Made by a program: the position numbers and the translations under genes
The notes under the pieces: model-generated
Database searches by the model: none
Told to the model about the DNA's origin: nothing
Seen by the model: the letters and a program-made list of their open reading frames with translations, nothing else
Source of the DNA: Callorhinchus milii
Lineage: Eukaryota
Assembly (NCBI RefSeq): GCF_018977255.1
Contig: NW_024704757.1
Coordinates: 13,640,001-13,704,000 of the forward strand
DNA: 64,000 nucleotides
Direction of reading: 5' to 3'
Shown here: in pieces, positions 25,191 through 38,752 of the stretch
Position numbering within the stretch: the stretch's first letter is position 1
Layout: each line of letters opens with the position of its first letter

Positions 25191-27824
25191 TTTTCCATCA
25201 TCATCATCATTCCATTATTTCTCCCTCACTGAACGGAAGGAAAATAAAGGTCGAGGGTGGAAATTGCTGTCAACGGGTCACACGGGTGAAATCAACAAGA
25301 AACCGCTTCCCATCCTCAGAGGAGGAAGCAAAGTTCACTGAAAGGTGCGCTGGAGGTTCTGCGTGCCCTGACACCGCTCACGCGAAGTGTGACATGATTG
25401 AAGTCGCATTTGAAATTCACAGCCTCCAGTTCCCATTCAAATCAGCCAGGAAAAGACTCCTAAATTGCAGTGGGTTGGTTGTGTATTGACATCTCCAGCA
25501 CTCAAACGGCACATTGCAGGCAGTGGAATCATTGACAGCTCTGTTGGTGGTCAAAATGTTGCTTTGCTGCTTAAAGACTGACTAGTGAAAGGATTAATTA
25601 TCTGCGCTGTGCCTTTGTGTGCTTTTTTTTTTGAAGGAATGCAGTAACCCTCTCTAGGTTAAAATGTATTTTTAACTCAAGTTAAATCTTACTCATTGGT
25701 ACAGGTGTTTTTTTTTCCCCTTGCTACATTTCGATCAAGGGGTACGGAGAATGTATTTAATTCGTTGGTTCATTATCCTTCCTGTATCCTTGCCTTTTCT
25801 TATCTACAATTGGCAACTGCAGCATTTCCTGCAAATCCCCAACCTGGTTCTTGACCTCATCTTTTAAATAACACGGCACGGAAAGGCTGCAAGGAAAGGT
25901 CTCTCTTCTGATCAAATTAGCCTGACTCGGATCGATACGCATTTCTTGGCACTCCCGGGAGCTCTCCGCAAACTGTTGCAGGGTGTACAGTAATCTGCAG
26001 AGGGTGTAATATGGGTTGTCCGGCCAGGAGATTTTCCTTTACTGAGTCTGTCACTTTCCATTTCCGTTCACAAACTGCTGAATAGGAGCTCATCACTGGA
26101 CAAATATTGCAGTTCAGCTGAATACGACGGGGCTTGGGAGGAAGGGTGAAACATCTAAGGGCAGGACCTGAATCTTAAGCAAAGACACGCATTCCATTCC
26201 AACACACACGGAAACTCCCATATGTAAGTGGGATGCATGGCACTCTCCGATCGGTTTGGGTCGATTAGTTTGCGCCTGTGTCCGACACCTGGCTGACCCA
26301 AATTAACGTGATTCTTCATTAAAGCTTGCGAGGCAAGTCTGTGGGAGGTACTTCTAGCAGAAAGCACTCCTCTACGTGCATTATTTAAGAAGAAAGCATT
26401 TGCTATCCAACCCTTTTATTTCAAGTTGCTCAAGGTAGTTGTCTTGGAGAAGGTTAATTGCTTTGTGCGTGGGTGACCTCGTGCGTTCTGGAACAGCTCA
26501 ACTTGTTCCCATAGCTTTGGCCCAACCTTGAGGGGCAACTGGTAAACGCGATACAGTGGTACCCAGCCAACACAAGCCAAGGTACTTCCAGATCTGCCGT
26601 CAGACCAGTCCACAGCATCAACTCCCACATAGGTGAGTGGTGTTTTCTCCAGTTGCCTCTGGGCTTCCCCCTTAAGATGCTTCAACTGGAACAGCACCAG
26701 GAGAAAGGTCAGGACTCCATCGAAGTGAACAATGCAAACAAAGACACCCCCGAAACAGATGGTTTCTGCGTTACACTTTTTTTAAAAAAACTGATAGGAG
26801 CACAAATATGATCACCAGCCTTGTATCTCAGCCTGACCCAACCCAACCCGACCAAACACTATGAAAACTCACTCAGAACGGACTGCTCTTGACATTGGTC
26901 GCCAGCTCTCTCTTGATGCTCGTTCCTGTGCACATCAGTGTAAGATGGGATGACAAAAACCTATGCCATTGCTAAAGGGTCATGAAATATGTCAACCGGA
27001 CTGGACGCCACTAATACCATCAGATCCATGGAAGGTGCGCTTAATTCTATTTAACGGTGATGTAAAAGGCAATCAAATCTTACCCTACATTTCAATATGG
27101 CAATCCCCAGGGACGGACCTGAGTGAGTAAGTTAATCTGGCTAATGGGGTATAAATCCAATTAATATTAAATTGTTATTTTCTGATTTTTCAGTATGGGG
27201 GAAAGGGGAATCCATGTTTAAAACAGTGAAATCCTCTAAATGTATATTTTTTTTACTAGAAGAGAAAAACAAATGCACATTCAATTAAAATTGACACAAT
27301 AAAAAGGTTTGGGAATTACTTCTTATTTTCATTAGTGCTAAGAATATATAAAAAAAACACAATGCAGCACTAATTCAGTTTCTGAGCCTTGTTCAAATTT
27401 TTTTTTTAATAATTCAAACCCCCTCACCTAATACGATAGCCACTCGAGGGAGAAACAGAACAATATCAATGTATAAAATAAGCGGTGGTATCTCTTTTTA
27501 TCTCTGGGGGTTGTGCTGCATTGCCGCAGGCAAAGGTCTATCTGCAGCTCGCCTCTTTGAGGGGAGCTGGGAGAGAAAATTCCTTGACCACAATCAACCC
27601 TCTGAGCAGCCCCAACCTGTGGATGCCATCTTGCCCCTCTCCCAACTCGTCAAGAGCACTTGCCCACTTCCTGTCCGGCAAACTACTCATTGAGGGCAAC
27701 GGTTTGCCTGTCTTAAAGTGGAACGATCCTTTAACCAGGTTTTACTCAGCCACCACCACCCCCCCGCAACCACCACCCCACCCCCCACCACTCCCCCCTG
27801 CCCCCAAAGAATATTTCTGCAAGC

Positions 27825-28135
27825 GCTGTCCTTCAGATAAGATGTTAAACCGAGCTCTCGTCTGCCTGTTCAGGTTGGACGTTTAAAATCCTGTAGCGCT
27901 ACCTGCAAAGCGAAGGGAGTTTTTCCCTGGCTAACAATCCCTCAGAGAGAGAGAGAGAGAGAGAAAAAAAATGGTCATTCACTCCATGGCTGTTTGTGGG
28001 CCATTGCTGTGCATAAGTTGGCCCCCGCACTCTCTTACAATTACACTGCCCTGACACTTTACAGAGATTCCCTGGTGAAGCTTTTTGTGAGATGTTCTGG
28101 AAGTCACAGGCACGATATTAAAACACGAGGATTCC
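27825..28135 (+). mobile_element. Old DeuSINE with internal (AG)n
   Basis: cagataagatgttaaaccgag...tctgcctgttcaggttggacgtttaaaatcc...gctgtttgtgggccattgctgtgca, then a degraded tail. Confidence 0.88.
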
Positions 28136-28249
28136 TCTTCCTAATCCGATTTTGGACTTGTGTCTACAAGGAGTCTCATTAGATCAGCTGGAACCCACAT
28201 TTGAATTGCAAGTCGGAATTTCGGAAATAACGAAGGAGTCGCCAAACAT

Positions 28250-28413
28250 TTGGACCTGGGTTTAGAGATTCTTTCCCCTTCCCCACCTGTCACACCAACA
28301 GTTATAACCCTCTTATTCCCCACCCATGTAGGGTTAACTTTGCTCAGGGAGTATAAGCGTTCTGGGACGCTATCCCGGATGAAAGGAGCTGTATGAATGC
28401 AAGTTGTTGTTGG
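28250..28413 (+). mobile_element. L2 3' tail remnant
   Basis: aagcgttctgggacgc...tgaaaggagctgtatgaatgcaagttgttgttg. Confidence 0.6.
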
Positions 28414-30320
28414 TGTGACCAAAATAACAGTGCCTAGTCCAGCCTGGTCAGCTCGATTTGCCACCCAATTGGCTCTACTAAACCTGTCCCAGTCACTGAG
28501 GTATGAATATCTGGACTTTAACATAACAAAATATTAAAACTGCTGTTCTCTGCCGCTCTCTCTGCAATTCTATTCTGCAAGCATCACTCTAGCCTCTGTG
28601 ATGATGAAGATGACTTTCCGAGGTTGATTGAAACCCTGCACTTATCAAAGGTTTTACAACCACTCCCAGACAGCCAGACCCCTTCTTTATCCGTAATCTA
28701 ATGACATTTCTGTCATCTGCTCCAATTTTTAAGCAGACCTACCCAACCTTCTTCCCGTTTGTGTGCATGTAAGCATGGATTTAAAGTGTCGTACTGTGTT
28801 ACTGCAACATTCCCTGGGATAATTGACCATAATACTCTGAAATTGGTACAGCTCTAATATTAACTTTTGTTCAGTTACACTCGTGTAGGTAACAATGGTA
28901 TAATGTGTTAAAGATATCCCTGCCAGGAAGAAGGTTATAAAAAGCTATTTTAAAATCTTCCCTTGAGCAAAACAAGAAAGGCGCAGAACAGGGGTCAAAT
29001 GTTGCTACAGATTTTCCTATTATCATAAAACTCAATTTAATTTTGCAGCCCCTTAATTTTAACACATCGGGTATTATCAACTCTTTCCACACTTTTAATT
29101 TTGCGATTGCCAGTCAAAGGCCGTTTCAAAGCTTTGATACCAAGAAGAAATGTTACGGTCTTCAGTATTTCAAAAAATGCCCAGTAGCCAAAGCAATTTC
29201 CGAACATCACAGCCTGTGTTTAACCACGGATAGAATTAGTATGTGTTTAATCTGGTGATGGAAGAACACTTCCCGTTCTCCTACAGTCCCCCCTCCCACC
29301 CCCCTTACACAGCAACGCACATTGCTTGCCAATGAACTCTTTCCTTTTGAACGGAGGTTGTCATAAATTAGTGCTGTTTGCTTGCTGATCCATTAATGAG
29401 AGATGGACACCTGTTTATTTAATGACAGGCTATAAATTGGCCAAATTTAGTACCGAACAGCTCTAAGTAAACAGGTACACATTTATTTTTTTTAATAAAT
29501 ACCCAGTACAGTGTCTGGGTGAAGATTTTGCATTGGTGGGAACAAGATTTTATATGCTCTCTCTTGCGGGTCTAGTTAGGGATCAATTATCTCATTTGTT
29601 CTTAATTTCCTGTGTTTCATTTTAAATTTCTGTTTGGCAAAAAGCACATTGTTATCTATGGCTCCAGGACAAGATGAAGATATTGCATTATTGCTCTTCG
29701 CTGAGACCCTCTTTTTCTCTTTCCTCCAGCTCACAAATAGCCAATTGTCCTGTGAAATGCTGATTTATGACCATTTGCATTTATAGTAAACATAGTTGGT
29801 TATCACAGGAAATGCTGCTTAAAATCAAGGTGCAAGTTAAATAAACAACGGAGCATTTTGAACACAAAGAGGTGTCGGTGTATAGGATACAATGCTGTAA
29901 TGCATTTCTTCTCCAGTACCTTTTATAGGTCAATACTGAAGAACTATATAAAATAAAACAACACTTGATGTTTGTAATTATTTCCTCACAACCTAGTGGT
30001 GTTTAAAGATATTTGCATTTTATTGCAGCAACCTACTTACTGATGGTTCCTTCTCATAAATCGATCACGCCCAGGCTACAGTTCCTGGTTGGCTGAATTT
30101 GTAATTCAGAAACTGGCCTGATATTGACAAGGTGATTATTGAGAAAAGAGGTTCCTGAAACTTTAATGCTCGAGTCTAGGCCGTACAATCTGAAAGTAAT
30201 ATTTGCAGACAGTAAAGCCCAACAAACAGCCCTGAAGTCGATGACCGGTTTCATCTTGAGCATTGTTGGCCAAAGTCAGCAGGCGAAACTCTTTTCTCTT
30301 TCCAACCTGTACCAACAAGA

Positions 30321-30368
30321 TTTTTTTAACGTCCGCTTGAATGAGACAGGCCTCGGATTAACGTCTTT
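30321..30368 (-). mobile_element. Deu-core fragment
   Basis: tttaacgtccgcttgaa...ggcctcggattaacgtct. Confidence 0.6.
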
Positions 30369-30639
30369 ACTTGTCTGGTGCAGAAGTGACATTGCAATAT
30401 AAAATGGGTTAGGATATGTAGTATGAATCTGATTTGTGTCATTTCTGAATAATGGTTCAAATAGAACAAAACCAAATGTTCTTGATGACTTCTTTTGGCA
30501 AAGGACGTCATCCTGAGAAGAAACATCCCAGACTGTTTGAACAATTAGTCAAAGTGTCTAATAGATGAATTTTCGGAAATTTTACGGATTTACTTGCACA
30601 GTTCTCTCCTTTTTGTCACTTGCTCCTATGACTTTGAGA

Positions 30640-30760
30640 TGAGAGGGATATGGAGGAAAGAGAAGGGTATTGGGATTAAATGTTCTGCCAAAATTCAATC
30701 AATTGCTGGAACAGGCTCAATAGGCTGGCTAGCCTCCCACTGCTTCCGTCTTCCTATCTT
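30640..30760 (+). mobile_element. CR1 LINE 3' end
   Basis: agggatatgg...gctggaacaggctcaataggctggctagcctcccactgcttcc, the complement of the 50185 pattern. Confidence 0.6.
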
Positions 30761-32739
30761 TCTTTGATGCTGTATAAGGAATATTATTAAATTCGAGGGA
30801 TTAATGCTATGTTATTCCATAATTTTACTAGGCGTATCGGTGGAGAGATCCCTATAAAAACTGGTCAACTCCATTCACTTTGGAAGCTACAAGAAACGTA
30901 ACCACTCAACTCTTGCAAACACAAGATTCATGATCTATATGATTCAGAACCTCAGAACTGACAGAATTAATAATTCAGCTACGATTTGCCTACAAATACA
31001 CGGTCCTGTCCATGGACTTAAGAGGAATGGAGCCAGTCTCTTTCCTTGTAAACATTGGAAGCTCAACTTGTTCCAGCTTCAGTAGTAGATTGTGATCAGA
31101 TGTTTTGCTTTTGTTCAGGGTTGCAATCATTCTGTGAGCCTCATTGATTTTATTTTGGGGGGCGGGGGGGAAAAAAAAATCGATAAATAATCATGGCGTC
31201 TGTTTAATACGACTTCAAACCTACAAAGGATCAGTAGCAGAAGTGGACAAACCAAACTCAACAGCTACACAATGTTGAGCGCCTCATCTCAAAAAAAAAT
31301 CTTTTCTTGCATAAACTGCCCAAAATGTCATTGTTTTGATCAAAATCAAAATGTAGATCAAGCTGAGCTCTCTGCTTTCAGCACTTAAAGAGCAACTTAG
31401 CTTCTTTCTCTCTCTCTCTCTCTCTCTCTGAACACTAGCATAAAATAGGATGCACAGTTGTAATATCAATTTGGTAGGCACTTGCTGCTTCACTGCACTG
31501 TTACTGAAGGGTTTCTGTTGATCAGAACAAAGCTTGGGGCATATCAACAAAAGCTGCTGTAACAGGATTTACATTACGTTCGGACTGATAAGACCACATC
31601 AGAGCATTGTTCAATCCATCCTTGATTAGACTAACTTGAAGACTGTGAGTGCCTTTTGCTCACCATGCCTGAACACACAATATTGGTTCTGCCTCTCTCA
31701 TCTGCCCTTAATAGTGAAACAAATCTAACATTACTTGGATAATTCATTCTCAGCTCAAGACGGACGTGTAATTATACCATAAAGTACCATCAATGCAACG
31801 GCTAATAATTACAACAAGGATCACTGGGATTATTTTTTCACCTTATGATCCTGCAAATGACTGTTAGGGTAATGGTATCATCTACAAACCGGTACAGACG
31901 TGACAAGCTAGCGAAAGGGAACAAATTTGTCCTTCGTAACCAAGGCAATGGAGTCTCATAAACAATCACCTCAGACGGATATTAAACGGGACATTTAAGA
32001 AGTCAGAGATGTAAATGATTTTTGATGCTTATTTAAAATGAGTCTTTTCAAAGTCGGAAGAGGGCTTGATGAATGACGCAGAGGGTAGGACCCTTAATAA
32101 CAAAAAAAAGTCACTTAGTAAAAATAAAAAAAAACTTTTTTTTAAAAAAAAGCATGAAAGTGTTGCCATTTTAACTCGAGAGCCAGTTGAGCATCATTTT
32201 CTACATTAGAATTACCAGATTACTCAACAATTAGGAGGATGTCTCAAAGCGCTTCACAGCGTAATTGAATTCATTTTAGGATAAACTAAACCTTTGCATT
32301 ACATCGACTGTGCCTTGCCCAAGCCTTTACAGTGCCTTGCCATGTTACATAGGTTCGAAATATACACACGCAGACAACCTTCTGTTTTACTCAGTTAAAA
32401 AAAAAGCTCAAATACCTGTACTTGGTTACAATTCAAACCTCGCACGTTTATGATGTGGCATCAGTCCCAGTGTGTTGTCTCCTTTGAAAGGAGGAAAGGT
32501 GCTCAGAAACTCAGGAGATAACTTCCTCGTTCGAAATGTAATTACTTGACTTTGCGTTTTCTTCAGAAAACCAATTACAACAAATGAAATTGAATAAAGG
32601 GCGCTTTATAAAGATCCGCAATTAAAACAGCTCAATCTCCTTGATAGCCCCCACTGGGCAGCAAAGTCTTCATGATATACTGAAATGTTTTTTTTGGTTG
32701 AAAGATTTTGTTCGGTAGCAATTTGCGAAGCAGGCCGAT

Positions 32740-32891
32740 AGAGGATTTGTGGAATTGCTTTGTGGCAGTTTGTTTTACAACAAGGTTGCTGGGGTTTACG
32801 AACAGTCACTTTACAGAACTTTATTGTGAAGTGCTCTGAGCCGTCTCGAGGACTTGATAAGCAACTACGTTAACTGCAACAAACATTATTA
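32740..32891 (+). mobile_element. Degraded SINE 3' half
   Basis: cagtcactttacagaac...gtgaagtgctctgagccgtctcgaggacttgataag...cattatt. Confidence 0.7.
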
Positions 32892-32944
32892 CTAATGTAC
32901 TGGGCAGGTATCACTGCACTACACCCCGAAACTTTGGAAATTCC

Positions 32945-33110
32945 AGCTTTGGAACTCGCTGCTTCAATCCCTCCGCCTCCCCACCCTTTTGTCATATTTC
33001 AACCGTCACCTTAACCCCTGCCCTGGCTCGGAGTCAGATTCCGTCACTGTGAAACACTTCGAGACACTACCCTGAGTGAAGGGCGCTTTATAAACGCCAG
33101 CTGATGTTGC
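32945..33110 (+). mobile_element. L2 LINE 3' end
   Basis: LWNSLLQSLRLPT remnant, then ctgtgaaacacttcgagaca...gtgaagggcgctttataaacgc. Confidence 0.7.
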
Positions 33111-34204
33111 ATCGTACTTGACATAGCCCTTGAAATAACACTCTTAGAACATTTGTTGCAGATGTGTACATCACTTCCAATTCAAAGTACTGAGACAGAC
33201 TCTCCCAGACTATGGCAACACCTGCTGGAATTTAAATAAAACTGCACAAATGTCCATAGCTTGAGTGGCATAGCAGCTAACGCCCAGATACAGGTCTTCA
33301 GAAACCTATTGCACTGCTCACAGAAATAAGGCGCATTCTAAAATAGGGCACAGTGCATATTCAGCGATGTTAAAGTTGCCTGAACACTTCAGTCACTTGC
33401 AGTTACTTTGCACGCTTTCGATTATGGTGCTCGGGGGAGATTAGATCCTGCCCATGCTGATTAATGCAGGTCAACTCGTCTTTTGATAAGGTCACAGATT
33501 GAGTTGTGTGGCTTCTCATTCTCTGTGTAGGGGCAATTAACTCGAGAGTTTGAAACAAATAAATTCACCCGTCTATTCACCACATGAAACGTGGGGGCAG
33601 GACAGTCAGAGCTTGTGGGGTCTCGCGGTTCAAAGCTCTCACAACAACATGCCATCATTCTGCATAGGAATGCGACAAATGACGCTGGGATAATAGTTGT
33701 GAACTTTTACCCTGGACATACCTTCTCAGTCCTGTGAAGCTTTGCGTGACTACTCAAGTGTAGAAGCAAACCCTAATGACAAAAATGGTTTACTCACATC
33801 AATAAGCGCTTATCTTTTTAAACCCCACCACCCACAAAATAAAAAAAAATCTCGGAAAATAATTTTGGGGGCCGCGAGAAGAAAGATTGGCTTTTGCATT
33901 TAGAATCTTAAGACCCGATAACCCATAATGTAGAACAGCGCCCAAACTGAAAAGAGTTGCGGATAAAACTGAACGAGTCAAGCCATTAGAGATTAATTGA
34001 CTTGAACCAAGAGGTATGAACAGAAGCTGCTGTAACAGTCTGGAGTTGGATTTGCCAGTGAAGTCCTGTTGTTGAGCAAATGCTTAATAATGAGAATAGT
34101 TCTTACATTTCATACAATAGAATAGCGTACAAATTTACATACATTTCAAGTTGGAAAGAAATCCAGAGGTACTGAACCATCCAAGGTTTGCTCCCTGGGA
34201 GTGG

Positions 34205-34285
34205 GGAGATGGTGGTCACAGAAGAAGGTCTTGAGGCAGACCTTGAAGGACGCAAAAGAAGGGCTGAGTCGAAGTGACTCTGGGA
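34205..34285 (-). mobile_element. L2 ORF2 C-terminal fragment
   Basis: Minus-strand peptide PESLRLSPSFASFKVCLKTFFCDH resembles the L2 'SLSSFKxxLKTxLF' end. Confidence 0.6.
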
Positions 34286-34423
34286 TCAGCTGAGTGACTG
34301 TGTATTTGTAGGCGAATGCAGCAGCCAGTACCCAGTGCTGGAGTTGTAGCGTGCAGTCGCATACCCAACTCAAAACGCAACACATTATAGTTTCACCAGT
34401 TACCTGCTCCAGGGTTTATTCTC

Positions 34424-34590
34424 TAATAATAATAAGATGAATCCTTGCATTGGTATAGAGCCTTGTCACATCAGAAGGACATCTCAAAGTGTTTCAAAGG
34501 AATTACTGTTAATTGGAGTGACTGTGTATGTGTAGCCCAACAGACACACAGTCACTCCAATTCACAGTAAATCCTGTGAAGCGCTTCGAG
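34424..34590. mobile_element. Fold-back (inverted) SINE tail
   Basis: A minus-strand tail followed by an inverted copy. Arms 34483-34527 and 34546-34590 match at 39/45 by eye. Confidence 0.88.
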
Positions 34591-34827
34591 TGTTTCTTCC
34601 TCTCCCATGCCCTGCCCGCACTGCACAGCCCCCACCCCCACCTCCACCCCACCCTACATCCCAACACCCTGCTCGGCAACTGCCGAATCACAACAAACAA
34701 ATGTACAGATGTGACTAGTTTACCGTGCTGCCAAACATAAAATGGCAACCGCCATGGTTGTAAAAATCTGACCCATTTCTTATATCAAACAAGGTTTTCT
34801 GAATGTCTTTGGAACACAGTATATTCG

Positions 34828-34972
34828 ACAACAACAACAAAACAACTTGCTTTTTTATAGCGCCCTTCACTTCTTGGAGCGTTGAGCAGAATGGGGTCGG
34901 GTGAGTGGGGTGGGGAGAGAGGGAAGGGAAGGGAAAGATGACAACGCAGGTGCTTAAAAAAGCCTTGAAGAC
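34828..34972 (-). mobile_element. L2 LINE 3' end remnant
   Basis: (aca)n-acttgctttttatagcgcccttcac...aggtgcttaaaaaagccttgaag. Confidence 0.6.
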
Positions 34973-35432
34973 ATATTGGCATTGCTCTGTTTATTAACGC
35001 AATCCACACCCTTTAGTACCAGGTAACAGAGCTAAAGCTTACCGCAAGTTGAGGTTTGAGCCTTTGCGAGACTCGAGACACTCAGCATCCAAAACAACCA
35101 CCTACACCAAAAGCATCTGTGTCCTTAACACCTTGTTAATTAGAATTGACTATCTTATCATATGCGTTTCCAAAATAAAAAAACAGGTCTCCAATCCTCC
35201 ACTTGGATTTATAAAAGCAGGAAAATGGTTGAAGGAATAAGGTTGGTTTCAACGTTACTCACTGGAAAAAAGGATGAAAAAAATAATCGTTTCACTTACA
35301 GTCATTAACAGCTCACAGTCCAGAGAGAAGCGTCCGCAAAATAACAGGATTGTACCATCACTCACTGGTGAACACTGAAATTACAGCATCCTATCGCAAC
35401 ACGTCCACATGGGCCTAACTGTAACGGTATAT

Positions 35433-35751
35433 ATAATAATAATAATCCTTGTATTTGATATACCGCTTTTCAGTTCGGGAGGACGTCCCAAAGCGCTTCA
35501 CAGAACACACTGTAAAGTGAATTGACTGTATATTTGTGGGCGAACGCGGCAGCCAATTGCGCACAGCAATGTCCCGCAAACAGTCGTAGATTGAAAATGA
35601 CCAATTTATTATTGTTTTTGGTTTTGGAGGATTATTATTAGGCTCTGTGTGGAGTAAGGAAACTTGCCCAAGGTTTCGCCCTCTGCCTGGAATTGAACTC
35701 AGGTCTCTTGCTTGCAAAGCGAGTGCTCTAACCACTGAGCTACAGGACTCC
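35433..35751 (-). mobile_element. Full-length young tRNA(Ala)-derived SINE, short form
   Basis: A box TAGCTCAGTGG, B box GAGTTCAATTCC, TGC anticodon-like loop, (AAT)n tail. About 95% identical to the 57217 copy. Possible TSD acggtatat/acagtatat. Confidence 0.96.
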
Positions 35752-36269
35752 ACAGTATATGAAGTATTTAGCATATTACGTGCCCCCTGGCTGTCAAATT
35801 AATTACATATGAAATACAGTAATTAACAGAAGAGAAGCTAATGTACTTATCACTGTAGGCCACTTGTATTCAAATCATGCTTAAGAGTTTTTGAAGCAAT
35901 AAGGCTACGTTCTCTCAAAGCACACAAACCTGGAAGAACAAGTTTTTTTTCTTCCAAGAGGCTCCACAAACTAAATGCAGATTGATTTTCTCGAATGCGT
36001 TATGAAGCGAAGGGCTTACATATGCGTGGAAAAATAAATAAATAAATAAATAAAAGGACTTTGCACGCAGTGCACTTGGTGTTTAATCTTTGCTCGTCCA
36101 TCTGTTCCAGCGAAGAGTGCTGTGCCTTTGCATTCACTGATTCACTGTCCCAAGTTGGCGGGCCCAACATATTAGAAATAAAAAGCAATTCTGGTATGTA
36201 ACACTTCAATTGAGATTCTTCAGTGGCTGCGATCATCAACAGCAAAGCTCCTAATACCATGATGAAAGA

Positions 36270-36368
36270 TAATAGTAACCCTTGCATTTGATATAGTGCT
36301 TTGCACATCTTCTAGACGTCTCAAAGCGCTTCATGGAATATACTGTCAACTGAATTGACTATGTATTT
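36270..36368 (-). mobile_element. 5'-truncated SINE tail
   Basis: ccttgcatttgatatagtgc...gacgtctcaaagcgcttca...tgaattgact. Confidence 0.9.
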
Positions 36369-37149
36369 ATATAGATGGTCTAAATATCCCTTAACTGATC
36401 CAAGCATAGTTTGTAATGCATGCACTATCTGGTCTTCTACATTACAGTCAAGTTGCCCTGCACAAAAGTCAATTTTTAACACAACAGAATCAATTGGGCA
36501 ACATTGGAATTGTATGATGGATTCCCCCAGGTTTCCCTGTCAAAAAGAAAAACTCTTATCCAAAGTACAACCCACATATACACACACACACACACACAGA
36601 GTTGTTTCTACAAGGTAAACTGAGAGAAAGTGGCATTATCTGCACCACAGGACAAAATGGAGCTAATAGGATAATGAGCCCAAAGAGCTTTTGTCAGCTT
36701 GAAATGTTTGCCTTAATGAATATTGCTACCCTCGCACTCAAAGATTGGTATTCTGCCCAAGAAAGGTGAATCATGTGCAAAACATTATAGCCAGGAGCGT
36801 CTCAGCTCCCCAGTATCTCCAGCTTAGCAGCTAATAACCTTTCCCTCAATGCCAGTGAATGGAGCATCTCATCTGAGTTAATGAGGGAATTACTAATATC
36901 ACTGATCTGCCTTTGCCTTTTGAGAACTGATGAACTTGAGGATTTCTTAGTTTCTTTTCTTTTGTTCCCAATCCTCAATCTTTTGGCAGAATGTCAAAAT
37001 GCCATGTACTGTGTCCATGACAAATCCCTACCTCCAAATACCCAGGCAAGCTAGCTTACAGTATTAAAGCTACACTTGTACAGAACAGAACAGCAGAAAT
37101 TGGGTGGTGGGGGGAGGGGGAGAAGAGTAATGAGGTGGCCAACAACACA

Positions 37150-37410
37150 GTTGAAAGTTTTCAGACAGGTCTTGAATCCAAGGCATTAGAGAACAAGGCA
37201 TTTGGAAGAGATTTCCAGAGATCAGGGGACATAAATTGGCTGAAAGCCTACTCATCTATTGTGAAAAAGAGGGTAGCAGGAAGCGGGCAAGAGGGTATCG
37301 AGCAGATGAAGTGGGCCGGAGGGGTAGGATGACAGGAGGTCATCAAGGCCGGGTGGAGTAAGTCACGGAGGCATTCGAAAGTAAGGACAAGGATCTTAAC
37401 GATCTCAAAT
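37150..37410 (-). mobile_element. L2 ORF2 C-terminal fragment
   Basis: Minus-strand peptides KILVLTFECLRDL and GFKTCLKTF match L2 ORF2 end motifs. Confidence 0.7.
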
Positions 37411-38589
37411 TCATGTCTGAACCTAAAATACATTGATTGACAGCTCGGTTTGATAAGAGTCCCTATCTCCTTTTGAGGACAACCTCTCAACCTGTTTGAA
37501 GTTAGATGACCAAATCCTGCAACTGTGGTCAGAGCAGTTTCCAACATTTGCTAAAAGCTATGCTGAGAGGAAAGGCTTAGATGAGACTGAAAAAATCCTA
37601 CTTGAGTGAGGCTAGGCAAAAAAAAAGCATTAAAATGTCCCACTGTACTGCAGTTATATAACGCATTGTAAGGAGATAAATCATTCTTGCAAGGAAGTAA
37701 ATAGCTTTCCTGATTCCATTAATGGAGGCTTTTTTTGAAGAAACAAGACAGTAATTTGCTTCAAAATACAAATAATGTACTAAAGCCCTGATATCTTTCA
37801 CAGCCTTAAAAAAATAATTGCATTTGGATATCTAATGCATCACACGGTGTGTCACATTCAAAGCAGTAAGTGCTTCAGTTTAACGGTTTTGTTCACAGCA
37901 CAATACAATGCTTGATACTCGAGCAATGCATGCTAAACTAATGGCAGCGGCTAATTACAGATTCGCTCCCAACAGAGAAGGGGGAAAAAAAGTCCCGTCT
38001 GTGGCTCTGTTGCCAACATATGGGTTTCCGAATCCATGTTACCAATTCTCCTTGCAGAATTCCTCAGAAAGGAGCAAGAATAGAAACGATAGTTTGGCTC
38101 GGGTCTTGCTGTACGCAATTATTCATCGTCAGATGTGTCGTGCGCCCTCAACGCTGCATTTCTTTGTTGCCAAAATAGTGGCCATCCCCTATAAAATGAC
38201 CAGTATAAATCAGCTTTAAGCCATCGCAAATTGCGCTCCAGCCTTGCTCCATAGACCACCTAAAGGGAATAGTTTCAGGAGCAGAAATTCCCTCCCACTG
38301 CAGTATAAGCACAACAGATGCCAGCTGAATTGGTTTCCGCTCCCCTGTGGTATCCTGAAATCTCTCGGGCGGTCTGCTGAATAGTTCCGAAAGTTTCACG
38401 CAAACATTTTCCAACATTATTGAAGGGTATCGGTCGTGCTCAGATCTCAGCGTTCTCTTCAGAACTTAGTTTGCGTTTTTTAAACTCCAAGTAAGCTTCC
38501 CCGACACCGCTGATGAGCGATGCAATGTGGAACAAGAAATATAAATCAGATTTTCCTGCTCCCAGGGGTACGGTTGGAACCAAAGTTGT

Positions 38590-38680
38590 AAAAATTGCAA
38601 AATAAATTTACGACTTTTGAATCCTTGGGTTTTCACGTTTCTTCTGGCCCTGTGACCCCTTGTCTGCACATTTTCTTCCA
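38590..38680 (-). mobile_element. Possible CR1 fragment
   Basis: QTRGHR peptide resembles the CR1 ORF2 'TRGH' motif. Confidence 0.3.
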
Positions 38681-38752
38681 ATGAGCTTCATGAGAAATAT
38701 AAATTCGCACACATTTCAACACAATATTTTCCCTTAACTAATTTGTAGGAAG

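Noticed and set aside
26416-26697. Possible LINE RT remnant or exon
   Set aside because: Only a faint resemblance to an LVRP.LEY motif, and it needs several frameshifts.
35781-35795. CTCF-like motif (also 62140-62154)
   Set aside because: Each has two departures from the core consensus, so neither is supportable without ChIP or conservation data.
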